A DNA stretch of 64,000 nt from Candidatus Latescibacterota bacterium. GTDB taxonomy: Bacteria > Latescibacterota > UBA2968. The stretch covers positions 1,632,001 through 1,696,000 of the forward strand of contig OZ242311.1 of NCBI GenBank assembly GCA_965207885.1. Reading direction: 5' to 3'. The notes beneath the pieces were generated by a model. It did no database searches and was not told the origin of the DNA. It saw only the letters and a program-made list of their open reading frames with translations. Positions 49,508 to 58,501 of this stretch are shown here, one piece after another. The number at the start of each line of letters is the position of its first letter. The first letter of the stretch is position 1. The position numbers and the translations under genes were made by a program.

Positions 49508-50524
49508 TTACGCCTGACAATCTAAAAGCACCTTCATCACTTCGCCACCCGCCACCATCTGTTCAAACCCTTTTGCCGCATCATCCAGTGGCAGCGTATC
49601 CGTAATCAGTGCTTTTACATCAACCGCGCCAGATGCCGCCAATCGAATTGCCCGCTCAAAATCTATGGGTTCGTACACGCGACACCCCACCAGATGCAAT
49701 TCCCGCCAAAAAAACCGCTGCAAATCCACAGGCGGCGGTTCAGCGTGTACTCCAACCAGCACAATGGTTCCGCGAACCCGGGCCAACTCGGTCATAATCT
49801 TTGCGCCGGGCGCACTGCCGCTAACTTCAAACACGAGATCTGCCCCCGCGCCCCCGGTCCAATCTTCTGTATATGCGAGAAGATCTGTTTCCAATGGATT
49901 CACAACCTCAAAGCCCAATGCCCTCGCCTTTGCCAAACGAAAGGGATTCACTTCGGAAATCACCACCTCGGCCCCATCCAATCGCGCCGCCATTGCAATT
50001 AGTATCCCAATCGGACCGCCGCCAATCACAACCGCGCGATCGCCCAATTCCACTTTTGCACGCCGAACATCGTGGACAGCGACCGCAAGCGGTTCAATAA
50101 GTGCGCCAGCATCGTCATCCAGTGCATCGGGTACGCGGTGCAGGCGGTCGAGAGGTGCATTCCAAAAAGCCTGAAATGCCCCCGCAGAGTCAATACCCAA
50201 AAAATCCAGATTCTGACAAATATGTCGATGACCCCGTCGGCAAGCCGCACACGCGCCACATGCCACTGTGGGTTCAACCACCACGCGATCCCCCACTTTG
50301 AACTCGGCATCTTTCGGAACACCTACAATTTCGCCGCACATCTCGTGTCCCATCACCAGAGGAATTTGCACCCGCTGATCCATGTGCCCCTGATAAACAT
50401 GCAAATCCGTACCGCACAAACCCGCCCGTGCCACCTTGATGAGCACCTCATCATCACCCGGTTTGGGTTCCGCAATATCGCGCAATTCAACCCGCTCGGG
50501 TCCCAGATAAACAGACGCCTTCAT
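49508..50524 (-). CDS. Zn-dependent alcohol/sugar-acid dehydrogenase
   Basis: CGTD, GHE, CG.C..C.......C, EPLAVA.H, GGGPIG. Confidence 0.92.
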   Translation of the reverse strand: MKASVYLGPERVELRDIAEPKPGDDEVLIKVARAGLCGTDLHVYQGHMDQRVQIPLVMGHEMCGEIVGVPKDAEFKVGDRVVVEPTVACGACAACRRGHRHICQNLDFLGIDSAGAFQAFWNAPLDRLHRVPDALDDDAGALIEPLAVAVHDVRRAKVELGDRAVVIGGGPIGILIAMAARLDGAEVVISEVNPFRLAKARALGFEVVNPLETDLLAYTEDWTGGAGADLVFEVSGSAPGAKIMTELARVRGTIVLVGVHAEPPPVDLQRFFWRELHLVGCRVYEPIDFERAIRLAASGAVDVKALITDTLPLDDAAKGFEQMVAGGEVMKVLLDCQA

Positions 50525-50687
50525 CTCACCTCCGCAATAACCCTTGAAATTCAGGGCTTTGTAATGTATGTTATCTCAAGTCAAAACGCTATCAAAAGCC
50601 GATCGGAAAATCAAACTGGTCGGCATTTATGATACCGCACAGAAATCAAAGAGTCAACCCAAAGCATTCAGGATCTTTTCATTCTAC

Positions 50688-53537
50688 ATGTCTATCCTCC
50701 ACACCTACATAACCCTTGACCTCGAAACCACGGGTCTGAACCCGAAAGAAGACGAAATAATCGAAATCGGTGCTGTCAAAGTCAAAGATGGCGAAATAGT
50801 GGATCGCTTTCAAACTTATGTGCGCCCCCAAATGGGTGTACCCGAAGAAACAACGCGCCTGACGGGCATAGCATTCAAAGACGTGAGAAACGCACCCCGC
50901 ATCAACGCGGCAATCGAAAACTTTATGACCTTTGCCGGCGACCAGCCCCTCATCGTACACCAGGGTCGATTTGAAACCCGCTTTTTATCTGACGCCTCTG
51001 GCCTGCCCTTTGGCAACAACATACACAGCGTGCGCGACCTCGCGCGGATTGCCCTGCCCAATTTATCCGACCATCGGGCGAATACGCTCGCGGACTATTT
51101 TGAAGTCAAATCCCGCTCAACACACAAAGCTCTTTGCGACGCCGAGCAACTCGCAGGCATATACCCGGGTGTCGTCGGGGTCTTGCGCGAAACCTCATTG
51201 CAAAACAAACAAAACATCCTGCGGCTTTTGCAAGGCACAAATAGCCCCTTGCTCAACATCTTTGTCGATCTGGGCAACGAAGCGGTCAAAAGCGAATTTA
51301 TGAACCGCATTCGCGGTGGCGGGGCAGATGGCCTTCCACTATCCAACGTGGGCGGCGAAGAACCCCGAACTGAAACAGAGGACCACGCGCCTCTCGACAC
51401 CGACATGCTCTGCACCCTGTTTGAATCCGGCGGCACATTTGACCAACAAACCGAAGGATATGAAGTTCGCACCGAACAAATTGAGATGGTACGCGCCATT
51501 GCCGATGCCTTCAACAACAACCATCTCCTCGTCGCCGAAGCGGGCACAGGCGTGGGCAAATCCATGGCCTATCTCACCCCGGCCATTCACCACGCCGCAC
51601 AAAATGACCGCCGCGTCATTGTTTCCACCAATACCAAAAATCTTCAGGAACAATTATTCTTCAAAGACCTGCCCCACCTCGAACGCACCCTGAATGTACC
51701 CTTCAGCTATGTCCTGCTCAAAGGTCGCAACAACTATATATGCCGCAATCGGTGGCATGCCGCACTCGCCAATATCGAAACCTTTTTTAACGAAGACGAG
51801 CGCGAAGGCGCTTTATCCCTCGTAATATGGGCAGAACAAACGCAAACCGGCGACATTTCGGAAAACAACGGCTTTGATATGCGTCGCTATGCCGGTCTGT
51901 GGTCAAAAGTGTGTTCCGACTCGGGGTATTGCCGCTCGCAAAAGTGCCGCACCAACGGGCAGTGTTTTGCCAACATCGTGCGCCGTTCTGCCCAAAAAGC
52001 ACATATCGTGGTCGTCAATCACTCCCTGCTCTTTTCCGACATCGTCTCGGAAAATGCCGTGCTGGGCGAATACGAAGACCTCATCCTGGACGAAGCCCAC
52101 AACATCGAAAAAATTGCCGCACAATATTTGGGGTGCGAACTCAATATATGGCAAATCAAAAATTTTTCCGATCAACTGCGCAGTCCGGGTTTTCAGAGCA
52201 CCGGCACCCTGCCCGCATTGCGTCACTGGATCGGTGTAGCCGATCTCAAAGACAATATCTTCGCCACCTTTGACAAAGGCATTGGGCGGGCCGTAAACGC
52301 CGCCGAAGACATCTATCTCAAAGCGCAGACCTTTTTTCAAGACCTCACGGAATTTTTGTACGGAAAACAGGGCAGCCGCAAATTTTACTACACGCCAAAA
52401 GTGCGCTATCGCCCGGGTGAAAATACATTTGAGGCGGTTGGTGAAAGTCTTGGGGACTTTGCCAAAGCGGGTGCAGAACTCAATAACAGCTTAAAAAATC
52501 TGTGCGATTGGCTCAAAGACTTGCCCGACGACACCTTTCCCAACCAGGACGAACTCGTCAACGAACTCGACGGACGCGCACAGGAATGCAGCGACCTCCT
52601 CGCAGCCCTCAACCACTTGACCCATCCCGAAGACGAACAATGCGTTTACTGGGTTGAATTGCCAACCCGAGAAAACAGCAGTGATACGCGCCTGTTCTCC
52701 GCGCCCCTGCATGTCGCCGAAGTATTGCGCGACGCGCTCTACGACAAAATGCGCACCATCGTCTTCACATCGGCCACTCTGGGCATTCGCGGCAAACTCA
52801 TCTACTTTCTTCAACGCATGGGGCTCGACACCATGCCCGATGAGCGCGTACAAACGCGTTGTCTGGGGTCGCCCTTTGACTACAATTTACAAGCCCTCGT
52901 CTGCGTACCGCAATTTATGCCATCACCCAAATCCCCTCATTTTCAACAGGCTGTTGACGATTTGCTGCGCCATCTGGCACGCAAAATCGGACGGGGCACG
53001 CTGGCATTATTTACGTCCTACAGCATGCTCAACCAGTCTTATGATGCACTCAAAAACGATCTATCGTCCGATGGTATCTTACTCCTGGGACAGGGAATAG
53101 ACGGTGCGCGCGGCAGCATTACCGACCGCTTTAAGACCCACCGCCGCGCAATGCTGCTTGGAACCGACAGTTTCTGGGAAGGGGTAGATATCCCCGGCGA
53201 AGCCCTCGAAATCCTGGGTATTATTCGCCTGCCTTTTGCCGTTCCATCTGAACCCCTCGTTGCGGCGCACATGGAAGAACTCGAAAAACAGGGCAAAAAT
53301 CCATTTTTACACTATTCGGTCCCCGAAGCCATTCTCAAATTTCGCCAGGGTTTTGGCCGCCTGATACGCAACAAATCCGACAAAGGTATTGTCATCGTCT
53401 TTGACAGTCGGGTTTTATCCACCTTTTATGGGCGGGCTTTTCTCGAAGCATTGCCAGTTCAACATCGGGCGTTTCGAGCACCAGACCATTTGTTACAAGC
53501 CATCAAAAGCTGGTTCGACAAAGCGAGCGCGTCGTGA
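50688..53537 (+). CDS. dinG: DnaQ-type exonuclease-DinG helicase fusion
   Basis: LDLETTG and H.A..DA exonuclease motifs; AEAGTGVGKS, LKGR.NY.C, Fe-S Cys cluster, DEAH, TSATL, FWEGVD, QGFGRLIR. Confidence 0.93.
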   Translation: MSILHTYITLDLETTGLNPKEDEIIEIGAVKVKDGEIVDRFQTYVRPQMGVPEETTRLTGIAFKDVRNAPRINAAIENFMTFAGDQPLIVHQGRFETRFLSDASGLPFGNNIHSVRDLARIALPNLSDHRANTLADYFEVKSRSTHKALCDAEQLAGIYPGVVGVLRETSLQNKQNILRLLQGTNSPLLNIFVDLGNEAVKSEFMNRIRGGGADGLPLSNVGGEEPRTETEDHAPLDTDMLCTLFESGGTFDQQTEGYEVRTEQIEMVRAIADAFNNNHLLVAEAGTGVGKSMAYLTPAIHHAAQNDRRVIVSTNTKNLQEQLFFKDLPHLERTLNVPFSYVLLKGRNNYICRNRWHAALANIETFFNEDEREGALSLVIWAEQTQTGDISENNGFDMRRYAGLWSKVCSDSGYCRSQKCRTNGQCFANIVRRSAQKAHIVVVNHSLLFSDIVSENAVLGEYEDLILDEAHNIEKIAAQYLGCELNIWQIKNFSDQLRSPGFQSTGTLPALRHWIGVADLKDNIFATFDKGIGRAVNAAEDIYLKAQTFFQDLTEFLYGKQGSRKFYYTPKVRYRPGENTFEAVGESLGDFAKAGAELNNSLKNLCDWLKDLPDDTFPNQDELVNELDGRAQECSDLLAALNHLTHPEDEQCVYWVELPTRENSSDTRLFSAPLHVAEVLRDALYDKMRTIVFTSATLGIRGKLIYFLQRMGLDTMPDERVQTRCLGSPFDYNLQALVCVPQFMPSPKSPHFQQAVDDLLRHLARKIGRGTLALFTSYSMLNQSYDALKNDLSSDGILLLGQGIDGARGSITDRFKTHRRAMLLGTDSFWEGVDIPGEALEILGIIRLPFAVPSEPLVAAHMEELEKQGKNPFLHYSVPEAILKFRQGFGRLIRNKSDKGIVIVFDSRVLSTFYGRAFLEALPVQHRAFRAPDHLLQAIKSWFDKASAS

Positions 53538-54955
53538 ATACCAAACACCTGATTTCCATACGCGAGCCTCTGCGGAAATTGCTGGTACAAATTCCCCAGC
53601 GCAATCATCCGCTCGTCGGGCATGCCTACCACTTTGCCAATGCCAGCCACGAAGGCCAGGACCGCGATGCCGGGCAACCGTATATCACCCATCCCATTGG
53701 CGTGGCACTCATCCTGGCTTCTGAATTGGGCTTTGCGAGCGACGCGGAAATGATGGCAGCGGCACTATTGCACGACGCCGTTGAAGACTCTGCCCTGACC
53801 CTTAACGACATTGAACCCACCTTTGGCAAAAACATTGCCACCCTCGTCAGCGGCGTTACAAAAGTAGAAGGATCAAAAGCCGGTCGCACGGCGCGGCGCA
53901 TTGCCACCTTGCAACATCTGTTCACCCATGCCAGAAGAGACCCGCGCGTACTCATTCTCAAATTAGCTGACCGCATGTACAACATGCGTAGCCTCGACGG
54001 TATTTCAGAAATCGACAGGCGACAACGCATTGCGCGAGAAACCATTGATATATATGCGCCCCTATCGCACCTATTGGGCATGGCCCGCATTCGTCGCGAA
54101 CTCGAAGACCGCAGTCTTTGCTGCCTTGAACCGCGAATCGCGAATCAGATACAGACTACATTTAGAACAGAACAGACCGGGCACCTCGCAAAATTCCAGG
54201 ACATAATTCGCAACTTGCTCAACGCCAACGGCGTGCGGACAAGTGTGCGCGTACAACAGAAAAGTTTGGGTAGCATCTACCGCAAAATGCAACATCGTCC
54301 CCTCAATCAAATTCAGGATCGCTACGCAGTCGAAGTCATTGTCTCGCGTCGTCGTCTGTGTTATTTGGCTTTGGGCATTTTGCACGAGCACTTCCTGCCC
54401 GTTATGGAGCGTTTCAAAGACTTTATAGCCCTGCCCAAACGCAATGGTTATCAAGCCCTGCATACCTGTGTCCACCACAGGGATCAACGCTACGAACTCC
54501 ACATTCAAACCCCTGCAATGCATCGTCTGGGAGAATTTGGAATAGCCGCATTGCGCGGAGACGCGCAGCATGAAGAACGGCGCACGCGCTGGTTGCACGA
54601 TTTTGTCGATTGGTACGACCGCGCCGATGCCTCCCATCACCTGATGACGGAACTCAAACGCATTCTCTTTACCCGAGAAATTGTCGCCCTCACACCCAGA
54701 GGTGATCCCTTTATATTGCCCGAAGATGCAACCGTCGTCGATTTTGCCTTTGCCGTGCATACCGACCTCGGCTTACAATGCAAAGGAGGCCGTATCAACG
54801 GCGCGCGGGCTTATCCGTTCTCCAAACTCACCTGGGGCGACACCGTTGAAATTGACACCGATCCAAACCAACATCCCAAAAAGAGCTGGATTAGCCGCGT
54901 TAAAACCTACCGCGCCCGCCGTCACATCCAGCACCATCTCAATAGTCAAAAATAA
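53534..54955 (+). CDS. Truncated RelA/SpoT homolog (HD + degenerate synthetase + TGS; no ZFD/ACT)
   Basis: R..G.PY..HP, LLHDAVED, KLADR..NM; SIYRKM, PK.NGYQALHT; TGS DFAFAVHTDLG; start overlaps the dinG stop by 4 nt. Confidence 0.88.
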   Translation: MNTKHLISIREPLRKLLVQIPQRNHPLVGHAYHFANASHEGQDRDAGQPYITHPIGVALILASELGFASDAEMMAAALLHDAVEDSALTLNDIEPTFGKNIATLVSGVTKVEGSKAGRTARRIATLQHLFTHARRDPRVLILKLADRMYNMRSLDGISEIDRRQRIARETIDIYAPLSHLLGMARIRRELEDRSLCCLEPRIANQIQTTFRTEQTGHLAKFQDIIRNLLNANGVRTSVRVQQKSLGSIYRKMQHRPLNQIQDRYAVEVIVSRRRLCYLALGILHEHFLPVMERFKDFIALPKRNGYQALHTCVHHRDQRYELHIQTPAMHRLGEFGIAALRGDAQHEERRTRWLHDFVDWYDRADASHHLMTELKRILFTREIVALTPRGDPFILPEDATVVDFAFAVHTDLGLQCKGGRINGARAYPFSKLTWGDTVEIDTDPNQHPKKSWISRVKTYRARRHIQHHLNSQK

Positions 54956-54956
54956 T

Positions 54957-55274
54957 ATGCCTCGCTTTCTCTTATTTTTTGCCATTATCCTGATTTTTGC
55001 GTGTTCGGGAACCAATCCCGTTCTCGAAAGTCAAAAGACAAAAGTCTCACAAGCCCAAAAGACGCTGCGCGAAGAACGCATCCGCCTGCAAACCCTGCGC
55101 GACAGCCTGCAAAGCGAAATTCGCCGCAATATCGCCCTGGGCATTCCAGAAGAACAGGCAGAAAAAATAGAACACGCCCGTATCAAAATTCAGGAAACCA
55201 TTGTCGTGGTATCGGAAAAAAATCTGGCGGCGCAACGCGCATTGCTCGATTCCCTCACAAAATATTCTCCCTGA
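54957..55274 (+). CDS. Small coiled-coil lipoprotein
   Basis: MPRFLLFFAIILIFAC lipobox; helical body; starts 1 nt after the RSH stop. Confidence 0.7.
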   Translation: MPRFLLFFAIILIFACSGTNPVLESQKTKVSQAQKTLREERIRLQTLRDSLQSEIRRNIALGIPEEQAEKIEHARIKIQETIVVVSEKNLAAQRALLDSLTKYSP

Positions 55275-55298
55275 GGCTTTGTATTTACAAATATTTAC

Positions 55299-55420
55299 AA
55301 ATATTAACTTGCTCTAATAGCACAAATTTATCATCATAACTTATACCTGTATTTAATATCCAATAGCAAATATTTGTATGTCCAAAATATTAACTTGCAC
55401 TAATAGCGCAAATTTATCAT
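55299..55420 (+). repeat. Two 36-bp direct repeats (34/36 identical) separated by 50 bp
   Basis: AAATATTAACTTGC(T/A)CTAATAGC(A/G)CAAATTTATCAT at 55299-55334 and 55385-55420. Confidence 0.9.
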
Positions 55421-55482
55421 ATTCACCACATATCTGCGCTTAATCAGCATCCCGAAAATTTCCATCAAGAGGAGGAGCATCC

Positions 55483-56955
55483 GTGTCCAATCGCGAACAT
55501 TTTCCTGTTGCGCCCAAACTTGCGTATGCATCCACGGGACTCGAACCGTATATCCCCTCGGCAGAACAGCCCTGGGATGAGCACCGGGCGGCACACCTCT
55601 TGCGGCGCACCCTCATTGGCCCAACGCCAAAAGAAATTGCAGAAGCCGTGCAAAGCACGCCAGAAGCCGTTGTAGATCGTCTTCTGGAAATGCCTTTTTT
55701 GCCTCCCAATCCACCCGCTCAGTGGGTTTATCAGGATCCATTTCAAAAACCCAATGCAGACCAGCGCAAAATCGAGCGAGCGCGCGTTGACGAGACCCGC
55801 GTCTGGTGGATGGAACTCATCGTCAACCAGGAGTTCTCAATTCAAGAGCGCATGGTGCTCTTCTGGCACGATCACTTTGCCACTCAGGCCAAAGATGTCA
55901 GACGTCCACAGTGGATGTATCTTCAGAATTTCCTGTTTCGCAAGCGTGCTGTCGGCAATTTCAAAACACTTGTCAATGAAGTCACAATAGATCCGGCCAT
56001 GATCTACTACCTCGACAGCAACTCCAACAGAGTGGGAAGACCCAATGAGAACTACGCTCGAGAACTCATGGAATTGTTCACCATGGGCGAAGGTGGCGGC
56101 TACACAGAACAAGACATCGGAGAAGCGTCACGCGCACTCACTGGTTGGATTGTCGTAGGCAGGCAACCCACTTTTAGAGCGGGTCGGTTCGACAAAGGCC
56201 AGAAGACCTTCCTGGGACAAACTGGCAACTTTGATTATCGGGACATTATCGACATCATCTTCCAGCAAGAAATCACAGCTGAATTTATATGCGGCAAACT
56301 CTATCGCGAGTTTGTCTATGAGCATCCAGACAAAAACGTCGTGTCGGAACTCGCGCAAATCATGCGCGACAACAACTACGAAATCAAACCGGTTTTGAAG
56401 ACATTGCTCTTAAGCCAGCACTTCTTCGATCCAGCCATCATCGGCTCCAAAATCAAAAGCCCCGTCGAACTCGTCGCTGGCACAGCGCGCAGTCTCGGTT
56501 TCAAAGCTGGCAAAGGCAGGAGCATCAGTTCCGAGTACCTCGTTTACCTCGCTCAGGTACTCGGTCAAAAACTGCTCGATCCCCCCAATGTGGCCGGATG
56601 GCCGGGATATCGGTTATGGATCAGCACGTCAACACTGCCCGAACGCCACAAAATGACCGACGAAATGGTCGATGCCAAACCGCGCAATCCCAACCGTTAC
56701 ACCATCATCAACCCGGATACTGTGGGATTCGTCAAGGCATTTCCCGAACCCTACGACGCGGAAAAACTCGTTCGCGACATGGGAGAATGTCTGACTGCCT
56801 TTCCAGTTGACGAATATCGCCACGGAATGTTTTTGGAAGCGCTGCTCGAAGGCGCCGATGTCTATGACTGGAATCCCGACGCGATTGCAGCCCCCCGACG
56901 CATCAAGAATATTCTCAAACTCATCTTTGAATTGCCCGACTATCAACTGAATTAG
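55483..56955 (+). CDS. DUF1800 family protein
   Basis: AAHLLRR, E.M.LFWHDHFAT, DPAM..YLD, PNENYARELMELFTMG, KIKSP.E, GQ.L..PPNV.GW. Confidence 0.92.
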   Translation: MSNREHFPVAPKLAYASTGLEPYIPSAEQPWDEHRAAHLLRRTLIGPTPKEIAEAVQSTPEAVVDRLLEMPFLPPNPPAQWVYQDPFQKPNADQRKIERARVDETRVWWMELIVNQEFSIQERMVLFWHDHFATQAKDVRRPQWMYLQNFLFRKRAVGNFKTLVNEVTIDPAMIYYLDSNSNRVGRPNENYARELMELFTMGEGGGYTEQDIGEASRALTGWIVVGRQPTFRAGRFDKGQKTFLGQTGNFDYRDIIDIIFQQEITAEFICGKLYREFVYEHPDKNVVSELAQIMRDNNYEIKPVLKTLLLSQHFFDPAIIGSKIKSPVELVAGTARSLGFKAGKGRSISSEYLVYLAQVLGQKLLDPPNVAGWPGYRLWISTSTLPERHKMTDEMVDAKPRNPNRYTIINPDTVGFVKAFPEPYDAEKLVRDMGECLTAFPVDEYRHGMFLEALLEGADVYDWNPDAIAAPRRIKNILKLIFELPDYQLN

Positions 56956-56994
56956 ACTTGAGGCCTGCCTGTTAGCCTCCAGAAGGAGCTCGTT

Positions 56995-58419
56995 ATGAAC
57001 AGACGCGACTTTATGAAAAATGCGACCCGAGGTGGTGCCGGGTTTGCACTCGGCGGTTTTATGACGCGGGCTTATGGGCGCGCCGAAGCTGTTGGTCCCC
57101 TGGCCGCATCAGCTCTCAGCGAGACCGATCGCGTGCTCGTCATCATTCGCCTCAATGGCGGTAACGACGGCCTCAACACCCTGGTCAATTTTGAAAACGA
57201 TGCCTATTATCAGGCGCGTCCCAAAATCCACATCACAAAACAAGAAGCCCTCAGACTCACCCCAACACAGGGTCTGCATCCCCAACTCACCGGATTCAAA
57301 GAACTCTATGACGAAGGTCAGTTGATGGTCATGCAGGGGGTGGGCTATCCCAATCCCAACCGGTCGCACTTCCGCTCAACCGACATCTGGTTGACCGCAT
57401 CGAATTCCAACGAATTTTTGAACAACGGTTGGCTGGGGCGCTATTTTGAATCCCAGACTCCGGGCTTCCCAGACACCCTGCCAGAACATCCTCTTGCCGT
57501 TGACATCGGTCCCGTGCTTTCCCTCGCCTTATTGGGCAAAAACGGTGCCATGGGCATTGCCCTGCGCAACCCCAGGCAATTTGTCAATCTCGTGGAACGG
57601 GGCAACAAAATTATCGAAGACGGTAAAATCCCCACACCGGCAGGATATGAACTCGACTTTATCCGCCGCATCAACTTTGAATCCCTGCAATATTCCTCAC
57701 AAGTCAGAGATGCTGCAGATAAAGGCGCAAACAGGGTTGAATATCCCACCGGGAATTCGCTCGCCACCCAGCTCAGTCTGGTCGCGCGGTTGATCGCAGG
57801 CGGCTTGAAATCCAAAGTGTATCTGGTCTCACAGGGCGGATACGACACACACTCCAATCAGCTCAACCGCCACAACACCCTGATGAGATATCTCAACGAA
57901 GCAGTCACGTCTTTTGTTCAGGACCTGCGGCAACACCAGTTACAAGACCGCGTGCTCGGCATGAGCATTTCGGAATTTGGTCGTCGGACAAAAGAAAACG
58001 GCAGCGCAGGCACCGATCACGGCACATCAGCGCCCATGTTCTTCTTTGGCCCATCGGTTCAAGCGGGCATTGCAGGTCCGCAACCCAACTTTGGGCAGGT
58101 TGACAGGCGCGGTGACTTTTACTACGATCACGATTTCCGACATGTCTATGCCTCGGTGCTCAACCAGTGGTTTGACGTATCACAAGATGTTGTCTCAAGC
58201 ATATTTTCATCCAATACGTCTCACATTCCCATTCTCAGACCGCCACCCCTCGATCTCGCCAAAGTTGACTTTAATGCCGACGGCAAACTCGACTTTAACG
58301 ACTTTCTCGAATTTACCCAGGCTTTCGGCACCAACGAAGCCAAATACGACTTAGATGGCGATGGCAACGTTGGATTTGGCGATTTCCTGAAATTTGTCAA
58401 TGCCTACCGAAACCGTTAA
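56995..58419 (+). CDS. Tat-exported DUF1501 protein with C-terminal EF-hand/dockerin-like module
   Basis: MNRRDF; L.GGNDGLN, VGYP.PNRSHF.S, GWLGR, GGYDTH, SEFGR, GTDHG; DFNADGKLDFNDF...DLDGDGNVGFGDF. Confidence 0.92.
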   Translation: MNRRDFMKNATRGGAGFALGGFMTRAYGRAEAVGPLAASALSETDRVLVIIRLNGGNDGLNTLVNFENDAYYQARPKIHITKQEALRLTPTQGLHPQLTGFKELYDEGQLMVMQGVGYPNPNRSHFRSTDIWLTASNSNEFLNNGWLGRYFESQTPGFPDTLPEHPLAVDIGPVLSLALLGKNGAMGIALRNPRQFVNLVERGNKIIEDGKIPTPAGYELDFIRRINFESLQYSSQVRDAADKGANRVEYPTGNSLATQLSLVARLIAGGLKSKVYLVSQGGYDTHSNQLNRHNTLMRYLNEAVTSFVQDLRQHQLQDRVLGMSISEFGRRTKENGSAGTDHGTSAPMFFFGPSVQAGIAGPQPNFGQVDRRGDFYYDHDFRHVYASVLNQWFDVSQDVVSSIFSSNTSHIPILRPPPLDLAKVDFNADGKLDFNDFLEFTQAFGTNEAKYDLDGDGNVGFGDFLKFVNAYRNR

Positions 58420-58442
58420 GCACTCAGCATCGTCTGAAACAT

Positions 58443-58471
58443 AAAAAGCCCCGGTCACGCACCGGGGCTTT
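58443..58471 (+). terminator. Intrinsic terminator
   Basis: A5-GCCCCGGT-CACGC-ACCGGGGC-TTT. Confidence 0.8.
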
Positions 58472-58501
58472 ACTCATGGGCAATAGAGACGAGGCAAACC
58501 C

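Noticed and set aside
50688-53537. DinG as part of a type IV CRISPR or other defence system
   Set aside because: The exonuclease-DinG fusion is a common housekeeping architecture and there are no cas or defence neighbours
55299-55420. 36-bp repeats as a CRISPR mini-array
   Set aside because: Only two copies, a 50-bp spacer, no cas genes in the window, and promoter-like AT-rich content
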